A stretch of 64,000 nt of DNA from Podarcis filfolensis (taxonomy: Eukaryota). The notes beneath the pieces are model-generated. The model was not told the origin of the DNA. It searched no databases and saw only the letters and a list, made by a program, of their open reading frames with translations. A program made the translations under genes and the position numbers. The DNA lies in the NCBI GenBank assembly GCA_964270895.1, contig OZ185444.1; one strand, 5' to 3'. This document shows positions 1 through 12,224 of this stretch, piece by piece; the first letter of the stretch is position 1; every line of letters begins with the position of its first letter.

Positions 1-378
1 GTCTGCATCTTTATTTTGCTTTGCCCCAGCAAAATGTTTCAAAACTGCACTTGAGGTTTCAGATGAAGAAAAGAAGTTTAGTATCTCTAGATGTGCGAAC
101 GTATGTGCCCACTCTGTAGAAATCCTTAGCACTTTTAAGTCAGTTTGACACAACTGAGCAGGAGAAATAGAATAGCTCTCGAGTGCTTGCAAGATGCAAT
201 AAATATTCATTGGTACTGCTGCATAGATGGAAGCTTGAACAACCCCTCATCAATCTCCGGTCTCTGAAGTGATGCAGATATTTCCCCAATACAAACTAGG
301 CTAGCATTTGTAAGTGTGCCACCAAGGACTGGACCTCGTGTAGCACAGAACAGCACTAACTCATCCTCTGTTCTTTGT

Positions 379-585
379 TTGTTTTTATCTTTCCAGTGAA
401 TTATCCATAGGGCTAGCCTATTCTCTCTGTGTATATCTGCGCTATACCCAGTTTTAATGTGTATATCCTCTCCTCGTCCACCTTGTTTTTATCTTTCCAG
501 TGAATTATCCATAGGGCTAGCCTATTCTCTCTGTGTATATCTGCGCTATACCCAGTTTTAATGTGTATATCCTCTCCTCATCCAC
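379..585. repeat. Near-perfect tandem duplication, 104-bp period
   Basis: 379-481 and 483-585 are identical except g476/a580. Confidence 0.95.
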
Positions 586-1266
586 AGATTTCTTTGCAGC
601 TTCTCTTCCAAGAATAAGAATCCTGGTGTGCTCTGAGATGTAGGTTTGGCATTGTCCTCCTCCTCCCACTGCAGAAAATACTGTTTCAGACCGTGATGCA
701 TCATTTTCTGTAAGAGGTGGATTTGTAGTCCTTTCAGTTTTATCTCTGCAGAGATCTGCCTATACCATCTCCCAGCCCACCTGATGCAAACTCTTTTCTA
801 ACTGAGGTATCTGTTTCCCAGTTGTCTTTCTGCACACCTTGCCTAGTACCTTTAGCATGTCATTGTGATCCCCCTGATTCACTCATGCCCATAAGTCACA
901 CAATATCTCCTTACTCAGTGAGGCTACTGGATTTTTCTTATCTAAATGTATATGTTGCTTTCTTGGAAGCTTAGCAAGGAGTTCTATGTACCTGTGATTT
1001 TGAACCTGCGATAGCTGTTTGCAGTCATTGGGAAAGGAAAAATGCACATGTGAACTTGCCATAGTCATTGTCAGACATGGGCCTGATTTGAATAGAATAG
1101 TAAACCATAGTTCTAACCCATTACATGAATAAGCTGCAGTGAACCACATCATGCACTCCACCCACAGTACTAAATGCGCAGCTTCTGGTGGTTAGGAACC
1201 ATGCATCTTAGTCACCAGGGAACCACTAACAGAGACTCCTCTGAAGATTTCAGTGATTGGGCAGGG

Positions 1267-1294
1267 ATAATAATAATAATAATAATAATAATAA
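1267..1294. repeat. (ATA)n microsatellite at a probable LINE/SINE tail
   Basis: About 9 ATA units followed by a tttatatctcaccctcccc tail-like sequence. Confidence 0.85.
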
Positions 1295-1439
1295 ATTTTA
1301 TTTATATCTCACCCTCCCCAGCCGAAGCTACAAGGAACCAGGAAGTTCTTAAGATATCCGGGACTCAAGTTATTAATTGCCTTGTAAATTAATAGTGTAC
1401 AAGTACCTTGAACCTGATGAACCTGACCCTGGTAGCATC

Positions 1440-1730
1440 TCGCAACCAGTGGAAGCTCCTAAACACCACCAACAGTCTTAACAGCAGAACTCTGCACCAG
1501 CTGAAGCCTCCAGACTAGGCCTCAATAGCAGCCCCACATTGAGGTTACCAATGCATGAATAAACGTGGCAAGGCTATCCCAGTTCAATGGCACCTGTAGT
1601 TGGTGTGCTAGCAGTAAGTGGTCAAAGGCACTCCTAGCCACTGAGGCCGCCTGAGGCTCAAATGACAAAGATTTATCTAGGAGCATCCCCCCAACTTTGA
1701 ACCTGTTCTTTCAAGAAGGACTGCAACTGT
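1440..1730 (-). mobile_element. Degenerate L2/CR1-type LINE remnant
   Basis: Resembles the antisense RT region of squamate L2 (ccaccaacagtctt, ggctatcccagttcaa, gagcatccccccaactttgaacctg). Recognised by eye, no intact ORF. Confidence 0.4.
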
Positions 1731-2298
1731 GTCCAAAGCACACAACTGGCTAATCTCCTGAACATGGAAACCTCTATGAGCTTCAAGAGGTCACAAGACT
1801 ATCTTCAAACTGAATATTATAACGATTGTTTTTTTGCCAGGAAATGAAAAGCCCATTGCACATTACAATTATTATGTAAATTACAAATAATTAGCACAGA
1901 CTAATGGAATAGATTTGCTTCAAAAGGCTTACACAGTTTATGGCTCAAGAGAGAAAGGCTACCTACCTGTTTCTGTAGGTTGTTTTGGTTGCTAACCGTG
2001 ATTCTTACTGCTGGTGATTTAGCAGCACCTTTAGCTGATAAGAGAGAACAATAGCATCACTGTGATATGAAAGGAGTTTAGAGTTCAAACCATTCATTCG
2101 GCCAGTAGGTGGTGGTTTATAATAGATCCTCTCTAAATCCATTTTGCAAATGCTCCTGGGACATCTGTAGCCTTCAAGTGTTACAACTGTTGCAATCTAT
2201 TCCGTATGTTTTCTTCATTTAAAATTAATGGTGCAAATGCATTAGAGTTTTCACCTTTGCCACTGTTAGGCAAATATTTCTGATTTTCCTGTCACTTA

Positions 2299-2557
2299 CC
2301 GTATTTTTTGCTCTATAAGACTCACTTTTTCCCTCCTAAAAAGTAAGGGGAAATGTGTGTGCGTCTTATGGAGTGAATGCAGGCTGCGCAGCTATCCCAG
2401 AAGCCAGAACAGCAAGAGGGATTGCTGCTTTCACTGCGCAGCGATCCCTCTTGCTGTTCTGGCTTCTGAGATTCAGAATACTTTTTTTCTTGTTTTCCTC
2501 CTCCAAAAACTAGGTGCGTCTTGTGGTCTGGTGCGTCTTATAGAGTGAAAAATACGG
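2299..2557 (+). mobile_element. Tc1/mariner (Tc2/pogo-like) MITE, 259 bp
   Basis: TIRs CCGTATTTTTTGCTCTATAAGAC / GTCTTATAGAGTGAAAAATACGG, flanked by TA at 2297-98 and 2558-59. Internal hairpin at 2398-2468. CCGTATTT ends are typical of Tc2-type elements. Confidence 0.9.
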
Positions 2558-3609
2558 TAATTCAGAAGTGAACATATAAAGTTTTCTCATGCTGTGTGGC
2601 ACAGGATCAGGACTTGGCAGGGGGCAGTTCAGTGCCATAGGGCTCAATATTCTTCCCCTAGGTTCCCAAATAACAGATACAGCAACATGGGTGTGTCTCA
2701 ACAACTTGCAGTTTATTCTAATATAGAAATGCAGGCAAAGATTTTTAAAGGTAAAGTGTTAGCCTGAAAGCCATTTTAAAAAATATATATATTGCATGGC
2801 ACTCTGGATTGTGATTTATGAAAATGTTGCAGTTGATAATTTCAGAGCTATTGCTCATCCGACTTGGAAGTCTGACTTCTCACGCAGTCCAACAAGATGA
2901 CCATTACAATTCTTGTGTATATTTGTATTAAGAATAAGGAAATGAAATGGGATGTCATGGCATTTTGTGCCAATTAGGGTTGCTCACCCATGACAGCTAA
3001 ACAGTTGGAACACATATGTAATACATTTAGTAGTATTCCTCACTGACTTGTATGGATTGAATTTATAATTGTTCATATCTGTGGCTCTATCTTGCCCTAA
3101 TTCAAAGTTTACTCCATTTGCACCATTATCAAAAACCTTGAAAGCGGTGCTTGTGCAGAAATGCAATTATTTATTTATATCCTTGTAGGAAACTCATCCA
3201 CAGACCGCCATTTACATTCCATCTGTTCAGGGACTAAGAAATCAGCCAGAAACATCAATAACATCTTTATTTCCCAATTTGCTTTCCATTTTATGTGGCT
3301 AATTTCATTTGTTAATATTTAGCATGCTTGATACTTAACTCCCCTATGGTTTTTAGGTGATGGGAGCCTTTTGTTGTTCTTATCTTAACATTTCATTTTT
3401 CCCCCAGATAAGAATTATATGAATAAATTATATTGAAAGGCCTAGAAAACAAGTACAACTGCATGATCTCCCACAGCATTTTATCTGGAGAGTTTCTATT
3501 TCTGTTTGGTACCTTTAGGATTTTCAATCTTCCAAAAGAGGGAGAGAGAAAGAGAGAGAGGCAGGTGGGGAGAAGTCACCTTGAAATATGTTCTTGCTAA
3601 TGCAGTAGC

Positions 3610-3642
3610 CAAACAAAACAAAACAAAACAAAACAAAACAAA
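3610..3642. repeat. (AAAAC)n microsatellite
   Basis: About 6 units seen directly. Confidence 0.9.
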
Positions 3643-3707
3643 GCATTCCAAAGGCACAATTTTATGTTGCTCATTTTAAAAGTTTAAATTCTGATTAGGG
3701 GCGATGG

Positions 3708-3822
3708 ACTAGTGCATCTGTTGAGATTGTTTGACTACAGCTTCCAGTGCTTCTGACCATTGGCTTTGCCAGCTAGATCTGATGGGAGTTGAAGTCCAAC
3801 AACATCAGCAAAGCACCTTGTT
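3708..3822. mobile_element. Degenerate palindromic hAT-like MITE (gactacaactccc...gggagttgtagtc family)
   Basis: Same fold-back core as 7956-8091. Further degenerate copies lie near 8800-8912, 11585-11690, 13164-13280, 23262-23392, 24735-24795, 28795-28905 and 44985-45060. Confidence 0.65.
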
Positions 3823-5179
3823 GCTTACCTGTGCTTTAAGATATGTCAGAGTAACATCATGTGCAAAACTAGCCTCCACCAGGAGAAGGGATTTTTCAGT
3901 AATTGCTTGATGCTGTGCAATTCTTGCCTCCCAGAAAGCTTGCCTGACAACAACACTTGTTTCCTTTTAGGACAGCTGAAAACATCATTGTTCTGTAAAG
4001 CCTTTTTGACAGGTTTTTCCTGCTGTCACCCAGTCTGTTTAAAGCATTGTTGGTTTAAAACCAGTTTAACATTGGGTTTTTAATTGTCTTTCTGAGTTTT
4101 GAATACAATCACTAAAAGGTAAAATGTAAATTTAATAAATGAGTGAATGAATGACATTTACAATTCAATGGGGCTTGCTCCCAGGTTAAGGGAGTATAAG
4201 GTTGCAGTGTAATTGTTTGATAACCAAAGAACCATTTCTTATTTACCAACAAGTTGTCGCAAAACTTCCCCTAGGAAACCTCCAGAATATATGAAGTGGT
4301 TGCTAATCTGGGCTAATTTTAAAGCATCTGAAGGGTAGCAAATATATATATGGTGCAAAAATAATGTTTCTGCTTTTTCTTACCTGCTGTGTAGGTAGAA
4401 ATCCCTTTTAAAACAAATACCTCAAGTGTTTTGATCAGGCTTTTTGTTAGTGTTCTTGAGTCTGATCTTTAAGTTTTAATTGGTTTAGATGAATATAGAG
4501 TTGCACATAATTATTCAAGGGATTCAGAGACAAGGTCACATTTGGAGAGAGCTGTGCAGACATGCTTCTGCCAATGGCAGACAACTGCCAATGACAATAT
4601 TGTGTTCCAGATTTTTGGAAGCAAAAATACCACATATTTGTGGTGTGCTCTACTTTTAGAACTCCATAATATCAACTCCTCAATTGGAACAAATCAATAC
4701 AACTTCACTGACTGACACCAGCAAAAGATCTGGGTTTTTCCCCCTTCCTCTTCTATTTTTGACAGTGTTTGTTGTGCAACCATATTCCCAAGAGGTTACA
4801 CATAATCCTTAGCTGTTTTCCCTCTTTGAAGGAAGGAATTGAGGGCCTTGCACTCTAATACTTGTGTTTTCCAATTCACTGATTTTTGTACTTTGTTTCT
4901 CCTGACCTTTTGTCTTCAAGTGAAATGTTTTTTTTCTAATCTCTCCTATGAGAGTATGTAACATTTCCAACTTAATGACATTCTCTTTTCTGCAGTCTTG
5001 GTGAAATGCCTGAATTCTCTTTAATGACATGGCACTCAATTCGTACCTGTTGGTCAGCAAAAGCTGCCATTCCCTGAGGTTACCCATAGAGGGACATTGG
5101 GCTGCTGGCTTGGTCTCTTCCATCCAGTTATCGCTCTTATTTATTTCACTTATGAATTGCTTCCTATGAATCATCTCAA

Positions 5180-5770
5180 AGTAATTTCACAATAGAAGAA
5201 AGCATCTGTAAAACAAGTGCAAATATAAAAACTGTTAAAACGATTGCATGTATAAAAACAGTTTGAAATCCAATCCCGATGCTTGACTGAGATAAAAGCC
5301 TCCACTTCAAAGACTTGCTGAAAGGGGAAGGTCTTCTGCAGGCACTGAAAAGGCAGTAGAGATGGTCCCTGTCTTATCTGTGATGATCCAATCCACACTA
5401 AAGGCCTGATTCAGACATTATGCAGAACAGACCCCCTGAGAAGATGGTGTCTGCAAAATGTTCTCTTGCAGCTCACAGTGATTGGCTGGGTATATAAAAG
5501 ATTCGATCTATTAGGTATCCTGGTCCCAAGCTGTATAGGACTTCACCAGTACCAGCCCCTTGAACTTAGCCCAATAGCTAGTTGACAGCCAGTATAATTC
5601 TTGCAGCAGCAGCATAATATGTGCCCAGTGAGCAGCCAAGCTACCAGATTTTGCATTAGTTGCAACTTCTGGGTCAACCTCATAGAGCATGCTGCAGTAA
5701 TGCAATCTGGAGGTTACCAGCACATGGACAACAGTGGTTGGACTGTAGAAGTTTTTGAAACACTCAGCCA
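5180..5770 (-). mobile_element. L2 LINE 3' fragment (RT C-terminus plus 3' region)
   Basis: The minus-strand translation VVHVLVTSRLHYCSMLY...LLQELYWL...KFKGLVL matches the L2 motifs VHALVTSRLDYCNxLY and LHWLP..FK.L.L. It is degenerate, with a short foreign segment near 5400-5510. Confidence 0.7.
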
Positions 5771-6854
5771 AATCTAAATGCTTTGTCATATGCATCATAC
5801 TAATAATGTGGTTTGCACTGAGATCTCTCCACACACACACCCCTTTCGTGTGGGAATTAACAGCAGGAAGGTTCGAATTGTGGGTTTTTCTTGTGTCCCT
5901 GTGACTTTATTACTGTGTTTTCTGTGTCTGTATCCAACACTTTGGTCAAAGCACTTGAATTTGGTAGAACCTTTAGGGTCACGCAAAACAACTATTGGAA
6001 TTGGCTGTTGTTGCAGAATTAGAGCTTGCAACAAAAATAACCCTCTTGACTCTCTTACAATGGCTATATGAACACATGTAGGGTTGCAGTGCATATGCAG
6101 AGCTCTGTGGCCCCAAGGAACTGCACTGTTCATTTCAGCATCAAAAAAGTGCTTTCAGTGCGCATTGATATCAGTGAGGAAGCATCTTTTTGCTTGTAGT
6201 TCACTTGCTCACTGAAGATCTGTGAACCTTTGCTTATGTCCTTTACATCCTGAATACTGAAGATATGCACTCCTTATGGTGAATACTGTCATAATGGTTC
6301 TCTGTTTTCCTTGCCCCCATTTGTTTCTAGTTGACTTTATTCATTGTTTGCTTTTAAATGTCTATAGAACACTTAAGGAGGAACCAAAAAGGGCCAGACA
6401 GACATTTCTAAATTACTATATTGAGTTAGACATTAGGAAAGAGAGCAATACTTTGGGTCAACCAAATTAAAGTGTACTAGGATTACGCAATCATGCCAAA
6501 CACACACTTATTGCAGCACCTTATAAAGCATCCCATCATGGATGAAGAATGGCACTCGACAGATACAACTATTTAACTTTATAAATTCCAAGTAAATGAG
6601 GGCACATTGTGCCATTCAGAAGACTGGAAAAGGTTTGAGAATGATGCTAAAGGCTAATTGGACCATCTGCTGTTTTAGTGGCTTTTTCTTTCTGTTCTTC
6701 CATGCTTAGTAGGAAGTTGCACAATGGTAGATAAATTACAGTATTCGTCCTACCATGCAACTTAATCACACAGATTGACTAAGGTCTAGTTATCGAAGAG
6801 CAGAGAGGAACCAAATCTGCACGCTTAAAACTAGTATCAGGAGCTTTTTAATGG

Positions 6855-6935
6855 TTGATGTATTATTATGTTTTTATATTTTTCTGGAAGCCGCCCAGAG
6901 TGGTTGGGGAAACCCAGCCAGATGAGCAGGGTATA
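6855..6935 (+). mobile_element. LINE 3' tail (probably L2-type) seeding a microsatellite
   Basis: aagccgcccagagtggttggggaaacccagccagatgagcagggtataaat runs directly into (AAT)n, a common lizard LINE-end pattern. Confidence 0.5.

Positions 6936-6999
<64 letters not shown>
6936..6999. repeat. Compound (AAT)n(AGT)n microsatellite
   Basis: AAT units switch to AGT units at about 6969. Confidence 0.95.
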
Positions 7000-7549
7000 A
7001 TATGTCAGGAAGAACAATAGGCTAGAACTGTGCAAGGCGGTGGTGGTTGTTTGCAGGGTGTAAGTAGTATTCAGTCATCTGAGCCCTTGCCTGCAGCGGT
7101 GCATTTCAGACACAGGTTTATCTCCCCCATCTGTTCCTTTTGAGATTGGCTGTGGAATGTTCTGCTTCTCCTGAAAAGGGAAGCATATGAGGGAGTGCAA
7201 ACATGATGTTTATAATTCCATCATATCCCAAGGCACGTAAGGGTCACATAAGAGATCTCCATCCTACTCTAGAAGTAAGTTTGTCACTAAGTGCATAGAC
7301 GTGACAGTGTTGGTTATTGACCAAAAAAAACAAAAAAACAAAAAAAAACCCTTTATCCTCTATTCTTCTATTTTTTCGGGAGCTGGGGGAGAGACATTCT
7401 TATTACACCAAGTCGGCACAAGGTAATTCAGAAACTTCAAAGCAAATCAGACTAGCACTTTCAGTACACAAAAGAGAGAGAGAGAGAATTAATAGCCTTT
7501 GAAGGAGCAAATGCATGAGAGAGCTTTAGACCACAACCGAACTAAAATG

Positions 7550-7551
<2 letters not shown>

Positions 7552-7604
<53 letters not shown>
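7552..7604. repeat. (TA)n microsatellite
   Basis: About 26 TA units, ending 130 nt upstream of the LARGE1 acceptor. Confidence 0.95.
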
Positions 7605-7606
<2 letters not shown>

Positions 7607-7681
7607 CCCAGCTCATTATACAGCTGCACACACCTATTATAAAAGAGTACGGGTTGTAAATGGGGAGAGCTCCTTTTATAA

Positions 7682-7864
<183 letters not shown>

Positions 7865-7955
7865 TAAAACAAAATGCCATCATAATCCAAAGGCTGATTT
7901 GTTGTCTGTTCACCCTGTTCATAATTGTATATAATTGAAGAATCAGCAACTAGAG

Positions 7956-8091
7956 TGGGCACCGGCAAACTCAGCCCTCCAGATGTTTTGGGACTACAAC
8001 TCCCACCATCCAAAGCTAACAGGACCAGTGGTCAGGGATGATGGGAGCTGTAGTCCCAAAACATTTGGAGGGCAGAGTTTGCCTATGCCTG
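7956..8091. mobile_element. hAT (Charlie-like) palindromic MITE, 136 bp
   Basis: Exact 8-bp TSD AACTAGAG at 7948-55 and 8092-99. Imperfect 17-bp TIRs (tgggcaccggcaaactc / gagtttgcctatgcctg) and a fold-back interior. Confidence 0.9.
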
Positions 8092-10216
8092 AACTAGAGG
8101 CTTGGGGGCCAATTATGGTCTTAAGAGGTGCCACATGACTCACCCATCCCAGTTACAAGGTTTGAGTGACAAAAGCCACACCCAAGTAGTCATACTCCAG
8201 ACAGGGAAATGATTTGAAGCAGCCGAAAAAAATTTTTTCCAGTTTGTATGAAAATGTTTAGAAACTTGGCATCTGAAGACAGAGGCATCTGAAGGTTGTG
8301 GCAGTAATTTGTATGCCATATCAAATCAGTTCCATGCTAAACTTGATTAAAATCCCGTAAAAAGGTAGAAACAAAATTTAGCAAATTGCTCTGCTAATTA
8401 AGGAAATTTCAAACCACTCCATGTGTTAGGAGGAAGTGAAAACAGATTATAATTAGAAGAAATGGCAAAGGGGAAGGATCATATGTCAGAAAATACTCTC
8501 ACTTAAAAAAATTGAAAGAGATGACTTCAGGATGTTTCACATATTAAGCAGCAGACAAATATTGACCTAGATGTATCTTCCTGCCGAGGACTGCATTTTG
8601 AGGAAAATTGAGGCTTCATTATTATTTAAAATGCAGAATCCATACACAATAGATTATTTAATTAATTAAAACTGCAATCTTGTCCTTCAGAGTTTCTTCC
8701 TTTCTCTTCATTTTCACAACTTCAAGAGAGAATTGCTTTCATTGTTTGAGGTGGCTTTACTAGTATTTTGCTTGTGATGGCTGCTGCCACTCATGCTAGC
8801 CAATGTGGTGCCTTTCAGATATTTTGGCCTACAACTCTCATCCACCCCAGCCAGCCTACCCAGTGATCAGGGATGAGGAGACATGTAGTCTGAAAAATCT
8901 GGAGAGTACCATGCTTTTAAGAAGCTTAAGTTCTTTCCAGGTTGATTTTCTATCCAGATGGCAGTCAATTTGCTCACAAACTTCATATAGTCAAATGGTT
9001 GGACAAATTGCTTCCATGCAGGACACTGTAGAGCAGATAAACAGAGCAGATGCTTATGATTTGCAGTTCAGCAGAAAACCAAATTTGGGAAAGTGAATTA
9101 GCTTTTTTTATCAAGTGCTCTTGAACCTTTCAAGAATCCTTTGTATGCTCTGGGACATCTTCTCTGTATATGGATGCTCACCCCTGAGCTACTGCTGATG
9201 AAGGATACATCTGTTCCTGTTTTATTTCTGGAAGTTCAGTGAGAAAGCTACCCTCAGAATCTGACAATGTGACTTTGTTTCAAGGGCCCAAGGAGGGAAC
9301 GTGATACCAGTAAATTTTGAGTTCTGATCTGTTGCAGTGGCACATCTTCATGTCCTGTCACCTTGAGCAAATAAAGACAGATCTGCAACACTTCAATACC
9401 ATTTTTTTCCACCGACTGCAGCATTGTCCTATACATGTCTGTCATGTCTGACCTCTAACAATCCCTTACGCACCTCTTTGTGGCCTGTTAAGCCACTTCT
9501 ACTCAACCATTTTACTTTAGCTTGAAGGATCCTACCCTGTGTGAGAGACTTGGTGTAGAGTAAGGCCTTATGTGAGTGGAAGACAGGGAGGGAGTGTTTA
9601 TGTTGCTGTTTCCTTGATACTATGCTGCCCTTAATGTGCTGGTTGCAAATTATGCTTAATGCATTCAGTGATTTTTGTGGCAAATGGTTGGCTAGGCATT
9701 AGCTGTGTTGTGTGGGTATGGATGGTGGGAATGTTTCAGATTGAGGATTGTACATTTGCTTGTTATTATAAAAAATATTTGTGCACCGCTAGTCATAAAA
9801 CTAGTTCGCAATCAACATACATACGGTATGTTGAAGATTGCGAAGGTTGTGTTTGAGAGGTGTTGAGAGTAGAGTGGTTGCAGCTTCTGTCTCAGTTATC
9901 TTGTAGAGGCAAAGGTACAGTACATAGCACAGCATGTTGTATACTGAAACAAGAAAAAATGTGTGGTTTTTTTCCAAAGTTGTTTTAATCAGTTTGGGCA
10001 GAAGTGCTCAGTAGTAGTTCTCAGTAGTAGTTGTATTTTTAATTCTAGTCTTTCACCGTTTTTCATGGGGTTGTCAATGCAATAAGGTCGAGTGTTCAGC
10101 TTTCCATGAAACATCTCCTGCCAAATTATGTTATTATATGGGTTACAAAAATAATATTGTGAAAAGTCCATCAGCTCCTTTCTTGGGGTGGTTTTTTCCT
10201 CCTTGTAAAGAGTCAG

Positions 10217-10569
10217 TGTCACGGTCCAGTTTACGGGTGGTTGAAGTCCTGGCTGAGGACGTCGGGACCTGGGGCAAGACAGCGGGGTGGGAGCAGAAAT
10301 GGGAGTCCAGAAGCCAGGAGTCAGGAAGCCAAGGGTCCGAGAGCCGGGAGTCAAGAAGCCAAACACAGCAAGGCAGGCAGCATATTGCTGTGGCAAAGAG
10401 TCAAAGGGAAAGGCTGACCTTATATCCCTTCTTGCCACCAGGTGCTGTGAGTTACCAATCGGCCTCACCTGTGCGGCTGCGCCTGGCTCTTCAGAACAAA
10501 CTTAGGAAAGCCCCAGTCCTGCAAAGCCCTACTGGTCACAGGGCCTGGCTCCTGCACGCACTCTTGACA
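10217..10569 (-). mobile_element. Solo LTR, 353 bp (probably Ty3/Gypsy or BEL-type)
   Basis: TGTCA...TGACA termini with an exact 5-bp TSD GTCAG at 10212-16 and 10570-74. On the minus strand there is a TATA-like ATATAA (10420-25) and a CCAAT box about 35 nt upstream (10455-59). No internal gag/pol. Confidence 0.88.
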
Positions 10570-11691
10570 GTCAGAATGTATTGTACATAAGTGCCACGTT
10601 TATGCCTGATAGCTGGTTTCCTTGACAACCATTCATATAAATAGTTATAGCCATAGTAAAACTATTACTAGTAGGTCTAGAAATCAGATAGAGGTAACTG
10701 TAGAATCTTGTTTTCAGTAACAAAATATGGAAGCTTTATTGTGAAAGGAATTCCTACTGTCCAGCCAATACCCTGAGAGCTCTAGGACATCCCTAATTAT
10801 ATATCATTTTGAGGAAGCAATCAGGTTAATGTCTCTCTCTTTTACTTTTGACCAAGCATCTATGGTCAGTATGTGAAACAGAAATTTAGGTGTACCACTG
10901 CTTATTGTCTTACAATGTCTTAACTTATCCCCTAAAAGCCTTTTTTGCTAAACATGGTGGTTTCTACCAAAGCTGTCACTTCCTCCCCTTCTCAACAGAG
11001 ACTGCTCCTTGGTGTTGAGCTTTCTAGAAATGTCATTAACTCATATATTGGAATTGCTTCTGCACTGAAATAGCTGGAATGAATCATATTGAAAGGTCGT
11101 CCTAAAGGGTCACCCTAAAGTTGGGAGCATTAGCCTACAACTCATTTATATTGTACTACTAGCATACTGTAGGTGCTTTATAAATATTAAATGATTGTGA
11201 GCAACTGGCCACATTCTTAACAGTCTGAAAATGTTCACAAAATGGAGCTGTCTGCTGATATCTAGCAAGCAGAAGAGGTCTCTCTGCAATTCCATAATAT
11301 TCCAGTATTCATTGAAGGGTGAACTGGATTTTTGCAGTCTTATTCACTTTTTCCAGTGCGATTTTGGAGGGAAAATCACAGGTAGTCTGGGAAGAGCTCC
11401 AGGACATTCAGTTGGTGGTGCCTTGTGCATACCTTTCTTTGTTCCATTTAGCTTCTGTAAAGACTTCTGTAACATGCATCAAATGATGTCATCAGCTGTT
11501 ATCATAATTAAAAGAATCTTTGTACACTTGCTGCTGGGGAGCTGCAATATATTGCTGTGAGTTAGACATATACATCATGATGGCTGGGGGTGGAAGTTTG
11601 TGGAGCTGTGGCCCTCCAGATGTTGCTGGACTCCCCGTCCATCAGCCCCAGTCAGCATCACCAATGGTCAGAGGTGATGAGAGTTGTTGTT

Positions 11692-11944
11692 AGAAGAAGA
11701 AGAAGAGTTTGGATTTGATATCCCACCTTTCACTCCCTTTAAGGAGTCTCAAAGCGGCTAACATTCTCCTTTCCCTTCCTCCCCCACAACAAACACTCTG
11801 TGAGGTGAGTGGGGCTGAGAGACTTCAAAGAAGTGTGACTAGCCCAAGGTCACCCAGCAGCTGCATGTGGAGGAGCGGAGACGCGAACCCGGTTCCCCAG
11901 ATTACGAGCCTACCGCTCTTAACCACTACACCACACTGGCTCTC
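11692..11944 (-). mobile_element. Squam3-type (MIR/Ther1-derived) tRNA SINE, full length, with (CTT)n tail
   Basis: The minus strand starts GAGAGCCAGTGTGGTGTAGTGGTTAAGAGCGG (A box), has GGTTCGCGTCTCC (B-box-like), and ends ATCCAAACTCTTCTTCTTCT. CpGs are retained. Confidence 0.85.
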
Positions 11945-11965
11945 AATGTTACAACAAACAATTTA

Positions 11966-12224
11966 CTGTATTTTTCGTCCTATAAGACGCACCAGACCAT
12001 AAGATGCACCTAGTTTTTGGAGGAGGAAAACAAGAAAAAAAATATTCTGAATCTCAGAAGCCAGAACAACAAGAGGGATCACTGCTCAGCGAAAGCAGCA
12101 ATCCCTCTTGCTGTTCTGGCTTCTGGGATAGCTGCGCGGCCTGCATTCGCTCCATAAGACGCACACACATTTCCCATTACTTTTTAGGAGGGAAAAACTG
12201 AGTCTTATAGAGCAAAAAATACGG
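11966..12224 (-). mobile_element. Second Tc2-like MITE, 259 bp, inverted relative to 2299-2557
   Basis: TA TSD at 11964-65 and 12225-26. About 15 substitutions versus the reverse complement of copy 1 by manual count (about 94% identity). Confidence 0.9.

Noticed and set aside
4809-5174. 121-aa minus-strand ORF
   Set aside because: No family match recognised. It adjoins decayed L2 sequence.
9660-10150. Possible second Penelope remnant (NIPYV-like motif on the minus strand)
   Set aside because: A single short motif with no GIY-YIG or RT follow-through.
9989-10590. Overlapping 150-159 aa ORFs
   Set aside because: They are products of the GC-rich, internally repetitive solo LTR, with no gag/pol motifs.
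11860-11944. tRNA genes at SINE heads (also 15781-15860 and 41170-41249)
   Set aside because: The A/B boxes belong to SINE 5' ends. There is no full cloverleaf, and the sequence continues into SINE bodies with tails.
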